From: an uncultured delta proteobacterium
Lineage (GTDB): Bacteria; Myxococcota_A; Polyangia; Polyangiales; Houyiibacteriaceae
Direction: 5' to 3'
DNA: 64,000 bases
Assembly (NCBI GenBank): GCA_963699755.1
Contig: CAVOVB010000002.1
Coordinates: forward strand, 1-64,000
The first letter of the stretch is position 1, and each line of letters starts with the position of its first letter. Both the position numbers and the translations under genes were made by a program. Below are positions 1 through 10,429 of the stretch, one piece after another. The notes under the pieces were generated by a model that made no database searches, had not been told where the DNA came from, and saw only the letters and a program-made list of their open reading frames with translations.

Positions 1-2
1 TT

Positions 3-674
3 CCACAATCGATAGTTCCAACAGCTATCTGCGATTATACCGGCGGAATGCATCTCTGTCAGGGGATTTTGGCCGCGTTGATTGGGCGAGAAAAAACGGG
101 CCTTGGTAGAAAAGTGGATGTATGTCTTTATGATTCGATGATTCATACGCAACTGCAGGAAGTGGCCTACTGGAGCAAATACAAACAAGTGCTGAACTGG
201 GCGGCAATGCCACTCGCTATTCACGCCGAGGCTAAGGATGGACCAATTGTAGTGATTGGTGCGTTTATGCCTAACCCATTACAGGCTATGTGCGCTGCAT
301 TGGAAATAGATGATCTAACCATACCTTACCCAGATATGGCTTCTCAGATCAAAAACAAAAAGCTTATACAAGATACACTGCGCAATGAAATTGCCAAATA
401 TACCATGGAAGAAGCATTGGCACGATTTGAAGGGCAGGATGTACTTTGTTCACAAGTCCGCAAATTAAGTGACGTAATGGAAGATCCGCAAACGAAGATT
501 AACAACATGGTAATCGATATCGATCACCCAATTCTTGGAAAATTGACGACCGTTGGTTGCCCTGTTCATATCAGTGACGCTCCTGTTACTACGAGAATAA
601 TGGCGCCACAGCTCGGTGAGCACACTGAAGAGATCCTTAGTGAGCTTGGTTTGGCCGGAGATGGCGGTAAGTAA
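3..674 (+). CDS. CoA-transferase family III (CaiB/BaiF), 5'-truncated by window edge
   Basis: Open from base 3; GILAALIGREKTGLGRKVDVCLYD and C-terminal APQLGEHTEEILSELG motifs; visibly more AT-rich than the rest of the window. Confidence 0.85.
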   Translation, partial: PQSIVPTAICDYTGGMHLCQGILAALIGREKTGLGRKVDVCLYDSMIHTQLQEVAYWSKYKQVLNWAAMPLAIHAEAKDGPIVVIGAFMPNPLQAMCAALEIDDLTIPYPDMASQIKNKKLIQDTLRNEIAKYTMEEALARFEGQDVLCSQVRKLSDVMEDPQTKINNMVIDIDHPILGKLTTVGCPVHISDAPVTTRIMAPQLGEHTEEILSELGLAGDGGK

Positions 675-854
675 GAGCGCCGGAGGAGTGCCCTGTTTGG
701 CATAAGTCACGGCGTAGTACTCGGGTCACGATTGATCGTCCAACGAGGATGAATGCAAGATATCTCCACGCAGACGAGGCTGGAGGAAAGCTGAGACGAG
801 ATTAAGCTAACAGTGAGCTGCGGTGCGTTGTCTTGACCGGCAGTGGCGGGCCCC

Positions 855-1649
855 TGTCTCTCCTCAAAACCTCGTGGAGTGTGCAATCATTGACGTTTCC
901 ATCCTCCGGGTCAGGCTCGCCACCCTGATGCGTCATCTCTTGTGCGCCCTACTCGCAACCGCCAGATCGAGCCTCCGGCCGCAGCGCGAGCTCGCTATCG
1001 AAAACCTCGCCTTGCGACAACAGCTGGCCATTCTGAAGCGCACAACCAAACGCCCCAGGCTGACCAACGCGGACCGCGCATTCTGGGTTGCGCTTTGCGG
1101 TCTGTGGTCGGACTGGCAACACGCCCTGCTCCCGTTCGTCGAGTGCATGCGATGGGAATCGAGCAGGTCCTCACCGCGCCGCGGTCGCCGTGGCAGAACC
1201 CGTACTGCGAGCGCGTGATCGGTACCATTCGGCGGGACTGCCTCGACCACGTCATCGTTCTTGGCGAGCAACACCTGCGGCGTATCCTTCGGAACTACCT
1301 CGAGTACTATCACGGATCCCGGACCCACCTCGCGCTCGACAAGGACGCCCCCGAACCCCGCCGGCGAGAGTCCGCCGATGAGGGGAAGATCATCGCCTTC
1401 CCGATGGTCGGCGGCCTGCATCATCGCTACACACGACGCGCAGCTTGAGCCAAAGCCTCGGTCCCACAACGAACCTCGGGCATGAGCTTGAGGTGCGCGC
1501 ACTGCGCGGGGCACAGGCAGATGCCGTGCCTGGCGCGCGGATGTTGAGCCGTTGGCAACGCAGGTGAGGGCTCAGGCTCCGTCCGCTTGGTCGCCTTCGC
1601 GGACACGGCGCCTATGATCCCCCGACGGATGATGTTCTGAGGAACGACA
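855..1649 (+). mobile_element. Internally deleted DDE (integrase-core) IS, copy 1; IS481-like TGT...ACA ends
   Basis: Left end TGTCTCTCCTCAAAAC and right end GTTCTGAGGAACGACA are imperfect inverted repeats; fragments LAIENLALRQQL and PWQNPYCERVIGTIRRDCLD...YYHGSRTHLAL in different frames. Confidence 0.8.
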
Positions 1650-1653
1650 CCGT

Positions 1654-3372
1654 CTAAGTTCCCTCGGCCTCGGAATAGGCGGCCCGGATCAAGGCGTAAT
1701 CATCATCGCGAAGTGTACTCAGCAGCTCGCTGACATCCTCTTCCGTGACACCTAGATCCTTCAGCAGCATCCTGCCCCGAACCAGCGTGCTCTCGATGTA
1801 GCCCGTACCCGCGTGCTTGATACCCTTGGCGATCAGCTCGTCCTGGTCGGCGAGCGTGCGCACGCGCACGTAGACGTCCAGCTGCGAGTAAAGCTGATGC
1901 AGGGTGCCGGCGAGTCCCTTGGCGGCCTCCGTCTCACGGGAGCTCACGAACACGGCGGCGGCCCGGCCGAGCCCGGCAGCCTCCTGCGTGCTCGGGTCGT
2001 ACATGTCGCCGAAGTAGACCTGGCGCCCAACGCGCTTGGCCTGCTGCACGACGGCGATGTCCCGCTCCACGGCGACGTGTGGCACGTTCGCCCGCTCTAG
2101 CATCAGGTCGATGAGCTGCCCCACCTCATCGTAGCCGACGATGACCACATGCCGGTCCAGGCCAGCGGAGAGGTCCGCGTCCGCCCGCGCGAGCGTCGGC
2201 CCCCCGAGGCGGTCCGCCACGGCGGCGCCTGCTTTGACCATCAGAGGGGTGGCGATCATGCTCACCGCGACCACCAGCATGGCGAAGGTGTGCCCATCGG
2301 TGCTCAGCAGTCCGCTCACGGCCGCCGCTCCCAGGAGCACGAACGCGAATTCGCCGACCTGGGAAAGGTAGAAGCCAGTACGGATCGCGGCGGGGCGGCT
2401 GATGCCGAAGGCGAGAGCGAGCCCGATGAGTACCGCACCCTTCAGAACCAACACGACAGGCACGTGGACGAGCAGAACGTTCCAGTCACTCAGCAGCGCG
2501 CCTACGTCAATGGACATGCCGACTGCGATGAAGAACAGGCCCATCAGCGTGTCCTTGAACGGCGTGACGGTCGCTTCGATCTGGTAGCGGAGGTCCGAGG
2601 CAGAGAGCAGCATCCCCAGGAGGAAAGCGCCTAGGGTCATGGAGACGCCGACTTGCTCCACGGACCACGCCGCGAAAAGTACGGTCAGAAATAGGAGCAG
2701 ACTGAAGGCGTCCATCTGCCGCCGGCTCGCGCAATGGCCGAGTGCGACCGGCAGCAGCCAACGCCCGACGACGAAAATGCCGGCGATCACGCCGATTAGC
2801 ATGGCCAGCGTCTGCGAAAAGGGTACCGCCGCCCCCTGATTCGTGGTGTGGGCGAGAATCGGAACCAAGGCGATGGCGGGCACGATCCACATGTCCTGCG
2901 CCATCAGCACGGCGAAGGTCGTCCGCCCGTGCTCGGTCGCCAGCTCGCCGCGCTCCCCCAGTGTGCCCATGACGATGGCCGTCGACGACATGGCAAAGGC
3001 GAAGCCGATGATGGTCGCGACCTCCCAGGATGCCTCCAGAGCCAAGATCAGATACGCGGCCAGGACAACCGCAGTCAGCAGCATCTGGGCCGAGCCCAAT
3101 CCGAAGATCAGGCGGCGCATCGACCACACCTTTTCGGGACGCATCTCGAGGCCTACGGTGAACATGAACAGCACTACGCCGAGCTCAGCGATGCTTTGCA
3201 TCTCATCGACCGCGTGGATGGGAACGGGGCCCGGCGTGTACGGTCCGATGAGAACGCCTGCAACGATGAAGCCTAGGATCGCCCCGAAGCCGAGTCGGAC
3301 GAACAGGATCACGCAGACCGCGGTCGCGGCGAGAATGACGACGATGGCGAGAAGGATTGCCGAGACGTCCAT
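1654..3372 (-). CDS. CPA2 cation:proton antiporter with TrkA-N (RCK) domain, Kef-like
   Basis: Many TM helices; AELGVVLFMFTVGLE, SSTAIV, LSQVGEFAFV; C-terminal HVVIVGY RCK domain. Confidence 0.9.
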   Translation of the reverse strand: MDVSAILLAIVVILAATAVCVILFVRLGFGAILGFIVAGVLIGPYTPGPVPIHAVDEMQSIAELGVVLFMFTVGLEMRPEKVWSMRRLIFGLGSAQMLLTAVVLAAYLILALEASWEVATIIGFAFAMSSTAIVMGTLGERGELATEHGRTTFAVLMAQDMWIVPAIALVPILAHTTNQGAAVPFSQTLAMLIGVIAGIFVVGRWLLPVALGHCASRRQMDAFSLLLFLTVLFAAWSVEQVGVSMTLGAFLLGMLLSASDLRYQIEATVTPFKDTLMGLFFIAVGMSIDVGALLSDWNVLLVHVPVVLVLKGAVLIGLALAFGISRPAAIRTGFYLSQVGEFAFVLLGAAAVSGLLSTDGHTFAMLVVAVSMIATPLMVKAGAAVADRLGGPTLARADADLSAGLDRHVVIVGYDEVGQLIDLMLERANVPHVAVERDIAVVQQAKRVGRQVYFGDMYDPSTQEAAGLGRAAAVFVSSRETEAAKGLAGTLHQLYSQLDVYVRVRTLADQDELIAKGIKHAGTGYIESTLVRGRMLLKDLGVTEEDVSELLSTLRDDDYALIRAAYSEAEGT

Positions 3373-3697
3373 GGTCACTGCGTGCGGGCGGAGGCGCTCG
3401 AGGCTTCGCCACTCGTTTCTGCGGTCAAACGTCGAGCCGGGGGAAGCATAGTGCAGGACGGAGTGATCCAGTAGGTGGCCGGGGCCGATTGAGGAGATTT
3501 ACATATCGAAAGGCGCGCGATTCCGAGCCCACCCGCCCTTCTGCTCGTCGAGCCAATCGCGAGCGAGATTCCGGCGTGTCCTGGACAATCGAACATTGAA
3601 TTTCCCGTTTTCCGCCTACGAACTGCTGGCCGCAGGCCAGTGAACGCTGGACCCGCTTTACATCGATCGACCCAAGACGATAATATCGTCCGTTGTC

Positions 3698-4690
3698 ATG
3701 CGACGTCCGAACTCTGCGAACTTCGACGACCCCAAGAGCCCGGCCTTCGTGGCCTGCCGAAGCGACCTTGCTTCGTACAAAGTGTTGGCCGAGCCGATGC
3801 TTCCCGTGGTCGAGGAGTCGCTGACGCAGGTCGCGGCCGGGCCACCCACAATCAACGTGGCTCTTGCCTCGCTCGAGCAACTTTGGCTCGGTCGAATTCG
3901 GATCCACGCGCCGTCTGTGGGAGTGACCATGCTCGATCCGTCCGTCTTTGCTTTCATCCTCACGGCCGCCACGGACGAATGCCGCATCAATGGCGAGCTC
4001 GCACAGGCATCGAGGGTCTACATGCCGGGAGCGCAGCACGGCTTCTACATCCGCGGCGGACGGCGCGAGAGCATCGGCGTCGCTGTCCCCCGGAGTCCGT
4101 TGGTCGAAACGGTGGCAGCGCTGCAAGGGGTCGACGCCGACGACGTCGTGCTCGATGCGCGCTCGTTCGAGGTCCGTCCCCGGGACACGGCCCATCTGCG
4201 CCGCGCCGTCGATCGGACCTTCGAGTCGACATCCGCGCGGACAAACGGGGACCTCTCGGAGGAGAGTGCTCGAACGACTTCGTCGGAGATCCTCGGATGG
4301 CTTCTCGATGGCCTCCTGCACAGTCAGGGGCCAACCCCGAAGCGAGGACGAGGGTCGGAGCGGATCGTTCGAAAGGCGGAGGAGCGGTTCTTCGATGCAG
4401 GCGGACACGGGATTTCGCTGGCCGACTTATGCACGGCCGCGAACGTGAGTCAGGCCTCGCTGTACCGCGCGTTTCGAGAGCTCTGCGGCGAGACGCCGCT
4501 TGGCTACTTCCGAAAGCGCAGGATGTCCAAGGCTCGTGGCATGCTACTCCACGCGAGTCGGGAACGAGGCGCGGTCAAACGCGCCGCTCTCTCCGCCGGT
4601 TTGACCGAGCTCGGACGATTCTCGGTCGAGTATCGGCAGCTGTTTGGCGAATCCCCATCGGCCACGCTGTCCGACGCAGCATTCGAATAG
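3698..4690 (+). CDS. AraC-family transcriptional regulator
   Basis: C-terminal SLADLC...SLYRAFRELCGETP...GRFSVEYRQLFGESPS double HTH. Confidence 0.85.
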   Translation: MRRPNSANFDDPKSPAFVACRSDLASYKVLAEPMLPVVEESLTQVAAGPPTINVALASLEQLWLGRIRIHAPSVGVTMLDPSVFAFILTAATDECRINGELAQASRVYMPGAQHGFYIRGGRRESIGVAVPRSPLVETVAALQGVDADDVVLDARSFEVRPRDTAHLRRAVDRTFESTSARTNGDLSEESARTTSSEILGWLLDGLLHSQGPTPKRGRGSERIVRKAEERFFDAGGHGISLADLCTAANVSQASLYRAFRELCGETPLGYFRKRRMSKARGMLLHASRERGAVKRAALSAGLTELGRFSVEYRQLFGESPSATLSDAAFE

Positions 4691-4712
4691 GCCCGGCCCG
4701 GGAGCGTGCGCC

Positions 4713-5630
4713 TCACACGATGGTGAGCCAGCCTTCGTCGGGGACGCGTACGCCGCGAACCGCGTCGCAGTAGGCGTCTTGAACACGCTCGGTGATCGGG
4801 CCGCGGGAGCCTTTGCCGACCTGGCGGTCGTCGAGCTCGCGCACGGGCGTCACCTCGGCGGCGGTGCCGACGACGAACACCTCGTCGGCGATGTAGAGCT
4901 CGTCTCGCGAGATCAGCCGCTCGTGCATCGTCAGCCCGAGGTTCTCCATGACGCGCATCACCGTGCTCCGCGTGATGCCACCCAAGATCGACACGCCCAT
5001 CGGCGGCGTCGCGACCTCGCCATCCCGCACGACGAAGATGTTCGCCGCCGATGTTTCGCTGACGTAGCCCTGCGTGTCCAGCATGATCGCCTCGTCGTAG
5101 CCGATCGCCTGAACCTCGCGTTTCGCGAGGATGGAGCTCACGTAGTGGCCGCTGATCTTGCCCTTGGACATGAGGGTGTTGACCGCCGCCCTCTGGAACG
5201 AGCTCACCTTCGCCCGAATCCCGCGCTTCAGCACCTCTTCACCAGGGTAAGCCCCCAAGCGCCACGCGACCACTGCCACATGCGTCGGGTTGCTACGCGC
5301 TCCGAGCAGTATCTCCCCCGAGCCCATGAAGGCGATCGGCCGTAGGTAGTAGTCATCGAGCCCGTTCTCGCGAACCGTCTCGAGGCAGGCCTCGACGATT
5401 TGCTCCTGCGAATACGGCATTGGAAGCATGCAGATATGGGCGGAGTCGAACAGGCGGCGCACGTGCTCGTCCAAACGAAAGATCGCGCTTCGTCCGTCGT
5501 GGAGCTTGTGGCAGCGGATCCCCTCGAAGGCGCCCAGCCCGTAGTGGAGCGTGTGCGTCGCTACGTGGACGCTCGCCTGCTCCCACGGAACGAGCCTCCC
5601 ATCGAACCAGATCTGATCCACCTCGTCCAC
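4713..5630 (-). CDS. ilvE: Branched-chain amino acid aminotransferase (class IV)
   Basis: HTLHYGLGAFEGIR, K-ISGHY, GYDEAIMLD..GYVSE, ILGGITR, GTAAEVTPV. Confidence 0.92.
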   Translation of the reverse strand: MDEVDQIWFDGRLVPWEQASVHVATHTLHYGLGAFEGIRCHKLHDGRSAIFRLDEHVRRLFDSAHICMLPMPYSQEQIVEACLETVRENGLDDYYLRPIAFMGSGEILLGARSNPTHVAVVAWRLGAYPGEEVLKRGIRAKVSSFQRAAVNTLMSKGKISGHYVSSILAKREVQAIGYDEAIMLDTQGYVSETSAANIFVVRDGEVATPPMGVSILGGITRSTVMRVMENLGLTMHERLISRDELYIADEVFVVGTAAEVTPVRELDDRQVGKGSRGPITERVQDAYCDAVRGVRVPDEGWLTIV

Positions 5631-5764
5631 CGTCGCCGCTCCTCACATCCTACGAATAGGCGGAGCATAGCCAAGACATCTGCGTGGCGCAGTCCTCCCG
5701 GGAGCCCAAAGGGCCATCCGGCAGCCTGCTGTGCCCAATTGAGAAGATCTGCATATCAAAAGCC

Positions 5765-6535
5765 TGTGCCTCCTCAAAACCTCGTCGAGGGCGCGATTGT
5801 TGACGTTTCCGCGCTTCGGGACAAGCTCGCCGCCCTTGATGATTCACTTGGTGTACGCCCTGCTCGCGACCGCCCGATCGAGCCTGAGGTCGCGACGCGA
5901 GCTCGCTCTCGAAAACCTCGCCTTACGACAGCAACTCGCGGTGCTGAAGCGCAGCAGCAAGCGCCCCAAACTGGCCAAGATGGACCGCGCATTCTGGGTT
6001 GCGCTTTCGCGTCTGTCGACAGCGTGGCAAGACATTTTGATCCTCGTGAAGCCCGAGACCGTGATCGGCATGGCATCACAAAGGCTTCGAGCTCTTGTCG
6101 TGCCCACAGCCACGTTTCGCATCCTGTATGTGTTTGTCGTGCTCGAGCATGAGCGCCGAAGTACGTCATCCGAGACCGGGACAAGATCTATGGCGCAGCC
6201 TTCGTTCGTCGAGCGCATGCGCTGGGAATCGAACAGATCCTCACCGCGCCGCGTTCCCCGTGGCAGAGTCCGTACTGCGAGCGCGTGATTGGGACCCTTC
6301 GGCGGGAATGCCTGGACCACGTCATCGTCCTCGGAGAGCAGCACCTGCGGCGCATCCTGCGGAAGGCATGAGGGTGAGGTGCGCGCACTGCGCGGGGCAC
6401 AGGCAGATGCCGTGCCTGGCGCGCGGATGCTGAGCCGTTGGCAACGCAGGTGAGGGCTCAGGCTCCGTCCGCTTGGTCGCCTTCGCGGACACGGCGCCTA
6501 TGATCCCCCGACGGATGATGTTCTGAGGAACGACA
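5765..6535 (+). mobile_element. Internally deleted DDE IS, copy 2
   Basis: TGTGCCTCCTCAAAAC ... GTTCTGAGGAACGACA; frameshifted fragments LALENLALRQQL, VKPETV, VPTATFRILYVFVVLEH. Confidence 0.8.
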
Positions 6536-6573
6536 ACAGTCGCCTTGGCGACGTCCCCTGCTATACTGCGCGC

Positions 6574-6810
6574 GTGAGTTCTTCATCCCCTGTTTCAGAG
6601 CCCGCCTCCTCAGCAACGACGGCCGAAGAACGAGCATTGGCGCGCAAGCTGGTGCGACAGTGGGAAGAAGCTCAGGCGATTGCTACCAAATACGCCCTCG
6701 ATGTGAATGGAGTCTTGAACGTGATTCGGGGTCTGGCTCTAAGCCCGGCCGAGCGCATTGAACTTGGTCTTAGAGCTGCGGGGCTTCGCGATGTTGCTCA
6801 CCCCGGGTGA
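6574..6810 (+). CDS. Small helical protein, putative antitoxin partner of downstream NTase
   Basis: 78 aa; LSPAERI motif; overlaps the NTase start; TATACT -10-like hexamer just upstream. Confidence 0.55.
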   Translation: MSSSSPVSEPASSATTAEERALARKLVRQWEEAQAIATKYALDVNGVLNVIRGLALSPAERIELGLRAAGLRDVAHPG

Positions 6811-7261
6811 ACGTCGCTTCTTGCTGGAGCTTCATCAGCGCGGAATCCGCTACTTGTTGATCGGGGCAAGCGCCGCGAACGCCCAAGGAGCCCGGATTGC
6901 GACAGTCGACATGGACCTGTGGTTTGAGGACGCCACGGACCCTCGCATCGCAGAGGCTGCCAAGGCTGCAGGCGGCGTTTGGGTATCAGGAGCATTTGGG
7001 ATGCGGCCACCGCAAATCGGAGGGCTGGCGGACGCAGATCGATTCGATGTCGTCACTCATGCCGATGGCCTGGACTCATTTGAACGAGAATTCAGTCGAG
7101 CCAAGAGCATTGAGATTGACGAGATTGCGCTCAAGGTTCTGCCATTGGAGCGCATCATCGTGAGTAAACGCGCAGCGGGCCGATCGCGCGACTTGGCACA
7201 GATTCCGGCGCTTGAAGAAGCCCTCGCGGTTCTCAAAGAGAAGCCATCGGAAGCTCAGTGA
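6791..7261 (+). CDS. Nucleotidyltransferase, MenT/AbiEii-like putative toxin
   Basis: YLLIGASA...ATVDMD, DVV, IIVSKRAAGRSRDLAQ. Confidence 0.8.
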   Translation: MLLTPGERRFLLELHQRGIRYLLIGASAANAQGARIATVDMDLWFEDATDPRIAEAAKAAGGVWVSGAFGMRPPQIGGLADADRFDVVTHADGLDSFEREFSRAKSIEIDEIALKVLPLERIIVSKRAAGRSRDLAQIPALEEALAVLKEKPSEAQ

Positions 7262-7337
7262 GCGTGTCGGGCGAGCAATCGTGCCCCGACAATCATTCTT
7301 CGTTCCGTTGCGCCGCCGCAAACAAGGCGTGCAACGC

Positions 7338-7523
7338 CCAGACGTCCGCAAGCTCTTGCGTCACATCCGGCACGGGGATTTGTGACATTGTCATAAGAAT
7401 GTCCGGTAACGCGTTTTCTTCGTGTTCTTTGGACGTGTTCTCATCGATACCTGTCCGCGAAACCGTTCGAGAATCGTCTGAACGAGGTGAACAGCCGGCG
7501 GTTCGATTCCCACCGCCTCCACC
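7338..7523 (+). repeat. att junction 1: type-A arm plus tmRNA-like 3' end (core 7500-7523)
   Basis: GGTTCGATTCCCACCGCCTCCACC; upstream ~160 bp homologous to 10430-10590. Confidence 0.85.
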
Positions 7524-7554
7524 TATTCCTCGCGGCTCGTGAACATCGCGGCGC

Positions 7555-8793
7555 TTAGCCATTCCGACGCCGCAAGCGCAACATCACTAGAGCTGCGATG
7601 AGCCAAGCGGCGCCGTCGGACGGACTCTCTCTCACCGAGCATCCTGAACCGCCCCGAGCCATGGACTCGGAATCGGGCGGGGCGATCGAACGGCCGCTCG
7701 CCGCGAGGTCGAAGAGGAGAATACCTCGGCCTTCGGCCACCACGTCCCCATCGATGGAAAGCTGGAAGGCAAGGTGCGTCCCGTCGGGGTTCACCGTCGG
7801 ATTCGACGCGTACCAGCCTCGATAGCGGTTGAAGCGCGTGAGCCGATCCCAGGCTTGGGAGCCGTCGAGCGGCAGGAGCCATATGTCCAACGGGCCTGGT
7901 AAGAACAGGCCGTCGAGATCGCGCTCGACGAGGACCCACGCGCCATTCGGGGCGACGCCCTCCGCCTCCTCGTAGAAGGGGCTCTGGGAGTAGTTCGTCA
8001 CCAGCCCAGTCGAGAGGTCGACGCCCATGACCTCACCGCCCGCGTACGCGTACGCGGTGAAGATCAGCTCCTCGGTACCTGCGCGGAAGTCCTGCGCCTC
8101 GAGCACTGCGAACGGAAAGACCGCCGTGCGGTCGATCACCAGCTCGATGTTCTCGAGGAGGACGCGCTCGTCTTCGTAGCGTAGCTCGCCGGTCCAGATC
8201 TCCGATATGCCGTCCCGGACCCGGCTGAGCAGATCAGGGTCGGTGTAGTCGATGTCAGAGCGGTTCCACGCAATGCGCGGCGACACGTCCGACGTCACGA
8301 TTCCCTCCCAGCACGGCATGCCGAGCGGTTGCGGAGGATCTTCGAATGGCGTGCGCAGGACAGACATGACGCCGGTGAAGCGACCCGCTTCGGGACGGTC
8401 GTCACTCGGGCTCGGACCCGAGGTCGGGCCGCAGAGCAGCAGGTCGCCCGTCGGCAGGTAGTGGGCTCGCGTGAAGCCCATGTGCTCGAACCCGTCCGTC
8501 AGTCTCCGCATCGTCCCCGTCGCGATGTCGAGCTCGACGACATCGCCGAGAGGCGCTCCATCGATGAAGAGGATCCGCTCGCCGTCGGGTGACCAGTCAG
8601 GCCGAGAGCCGAAGTCAGTCAGCAGGCTGATGTACGGCGGCAGGTCGTCGAGGGGGGAGCCGTCGAGCGTCCCTCGTTCAGGGTCGCCGGGAGCCTGACC
8701 GATCGCCGGTGCGGGGACACAGACGAACGCAGCGATGGTTGCGAGCACTATAGCCGAGCTCAACATGTGGCCAGAGCCTACCATAACTCTCAT
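7555..8793 (-). CDS. TolB-like beta-propeller surface protein with MYXO-CTERM-type tail
   Basis: Signal peptide; PDWSPDGERI and NPTVNPDG repeats; C-terminal GGSGCSV...hydrophobic...RLRRR; start uncertain. Confidence 0.75.
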   Translation of the reverse strand: MRVMVGSGHMLSSAIVLATIAAFVCVPAPAIGQAPGDPERGTLDGSPLDDLPPYISLLTDFGSRPDWSPDGERILFIDGAPLGDVVELDIATGTMRRLTDGFEHMGFTRAHYLPTGDLLLCGPTSGPSPSDDRPEAGRFTGVMSVLRTPFEDPPQPLGMPCWEGIVTSDVSPRIAWNRSDIDYTDPDLLSRVRDGISEIWTGELRYEDERVLLENIELVIDRTAVFPFAVLEAQDFRAGTEELIFTAYAYAGGEVMGVDLSTGLVTNYSQSPFYEEAEGVAPNGAWVLVERDLDGLFLPGPLDIWLLPLDGSQAWDRLTRFNRYRGWYASNPTVNPDGTHLAFQLSIDGDVVAEGRGILLFDLAASGRSIAPPDSESMARGGSGCSVRESPSDGAAWLIAALVMLRLRRRNG

Positions 8794-8891
8794 CGCGGTT
8801 CGTGACGTGCGCGAATACGACACGAAGCGGCGTTCGTTCTTGCTACGCTCTCGGGACTGCGCGAGAAACAGCCGTCCCGATGTTTGGTCCA

Positions 8892-10022
8892 ATGAGAAAG
8901 CTGATCCCGCTCACCTTGGTGTTTGCATTCGCGTACGCGGTGCTCGGTCCATTGGGCTGCGGCGACAGTTCGGAGCAGAGCGCGCCGGCGATCGAGCATC
9001 CGTTTCGTCCACCCACAGGGTCGATCTACCTTCTTGCAGGGCAGGACTCGGAGCAGCTTGGAGCGATGCCTAGGGCGGGCTTCGCCGACGGATACCTCGA
9101 TCGCGTACCTGTCAGGCCAAGTGGGATTTCGCTCTACGGTGGCTTCCCCGAGCCGAATGCCAGCGAGGGATTCGACTCGCTTGCGTGGGTGCAGACCGCG
9201 AACGATTACATCGCGCTCGAAACGCTCGATGACACGATCTTCCACTTCTCGATCAACTGGGTGAACGAAGGGCAGGCGATCGCGGGTACCGACGAGGTCG
9301 TCGCGGCCGAGCAAGCCGTCCTCGAGGGGAAGCACGACGCCTTCATCGACTGGCTCGCGGACTGGTGTTCGGCCCAGCGCCTCCCGATCCTTCTGCGTCT
9401 CGGATACGAGTTCAACCGACCTGTCCAGGTGCTCTTCACCGAGGAGCGCTACGCGCCCGCCTACCGATACATCGTCGATCGGATGCGCGCTCGAGACGTT
9501 CAAGGCGTCGCCTTCGTTTGGGCTTCGGCGAACCTCAGCTTCAACCCCGACGGCCCACCGGAGCTCTGGGATTTCGATGCCTGGTACCCGGGCGACGACT
9601 ACGCCGATTGGTTCGGCTTCTCGATGTGGTTTCCCGACGTCCCCGATACAGTCATGCTCGACGAGGCGCGCGCTCGCGACAAGCCCGTCCTGCTCGCGGA
9701 AACGACACCTCTCGAGTTCAACGTCGGCGAACGCAGCTACTACCCGCTCTTCACAACCGAGGGCCAGATGCTGGACGCGGACGCAATCTGGGAAGCCTGG
9801 TGGCAGCCCATGTTCGACTTCGTCGAGCAGAACGCCGACATCATCGGCGGATGGCACTACATCGCGAACGACTGGGCCCTTGATCCGCTCTGGGGATCGA
9901 ATCCCCTTTTCCAAAACAGCGATGCGCGGGTCTGGGCAGACGACAGAATCCTGGAGCGATGGACGGAAGAGGCCTCGCGCGCACTCTTCGTGAAGCCGGT
10001 TCCGGGTCGTTTCGCCAGATAG
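8892..10022 (+). CDS. GH26-like glycoside hydrolase lipoprotein
   Basis: Lipobox LGC; LRLGYEFN, WYPGDDYADWFG, KPVLLAET (clan GH-A glutamates). Confidence 0.75.
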   Translation: MRKLIPLTLVFAFAYAVLGPLGCGDSSEQSAPAIEHPFRPPTGSIYLLAGQDSEQLGAMPRAGFADGYLDRVPVRPSGISLYGGFPEPNASEGFDSLAWVQTANDYIALETLDDTIFHFSINWVNEGQAIAGTDEVVAAEQAVLEGKHDAFIDWLADWCSAQRLPILLRLGYEFNRPVQVLFTEERYAPAYRYIVDRMRARDVQGVAFVWASANLSFNPDGPPELWDFDAWYPGDDYADWFGFSMWFPDVPDTVMLDEARARDKPVLLAETTPLEFNVGERSYYPLFTTEGQMLDADAIWEAWWQPMFDFVEQNADIIGGWHYIANDWALDPLWGSNPLFQNSDARVWADDRILERWTEEASRALFVKPVPGRFAR

Positions 10023-10089
10023 AAGCGATGGCGGATAGAGGCCGTTTCTTCTCTTGTGCCCAGCGTGCGAAGCTGTCGATTTCGTGGCG

Positions 10090-10125
10090 AGCTTGCTCGA
10101 CGAGGTTGGAGCCGAGGATGTCTGA
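10090..10125 (+). pseudogene. C-terminal stub of deleted nucleotidyltransferase
   Basis: Encodes SLLDEVGAEDV* versus DLLNEVRSEDV* of 24749-25303; same GAGGATGTCTGA stop/start overlap. Confidence 0.65.
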
Positions 10126-10369
10126 GATGAGTCCTATGATCCAAGAGCGGTACCGCGATATTCTGATGAAGCTTCCACCTGAGCAGAGGCTACTGCAGAG
10201 CTGCAGGATGTTTGCCACCGCAAAGCGCCTCGCCGAGAGCTCTATCCGATCGAAGCGAGCCGATCGGATAGACGAAGAAACCCTTGGTCGCGAGCTATTC
10301 CTCCGTCTCTATCGAACGGAGGTCCGCGGTCCTCTTCGGAGGATGGTCCTCGAGGGGCGCAAGCCATAG
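10118..10369 (+). CDS. Small helical protein (MenA1-like putative antitoxin), paralog of 25296-25550
   Basis: LMKLPPEQRLLQSCRMFATAKRLAESSIR...RELFLRLY closely matches 25296-25550. Confidence 0.75.
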   Translation: MSEMSPMIQERYRDILMKLPPEQRLLQSCRMFATAKRLAESSIRSKRADRIDEETLGRELFLRLYRTEVRGPLRRMVLEGRKP

Positions 10370-10429
10370 CAGCTCGATCCACTAACGCTCACGGGCTCGA
10401 CGAATCGCGTCGATCACCGAGAACATCGC

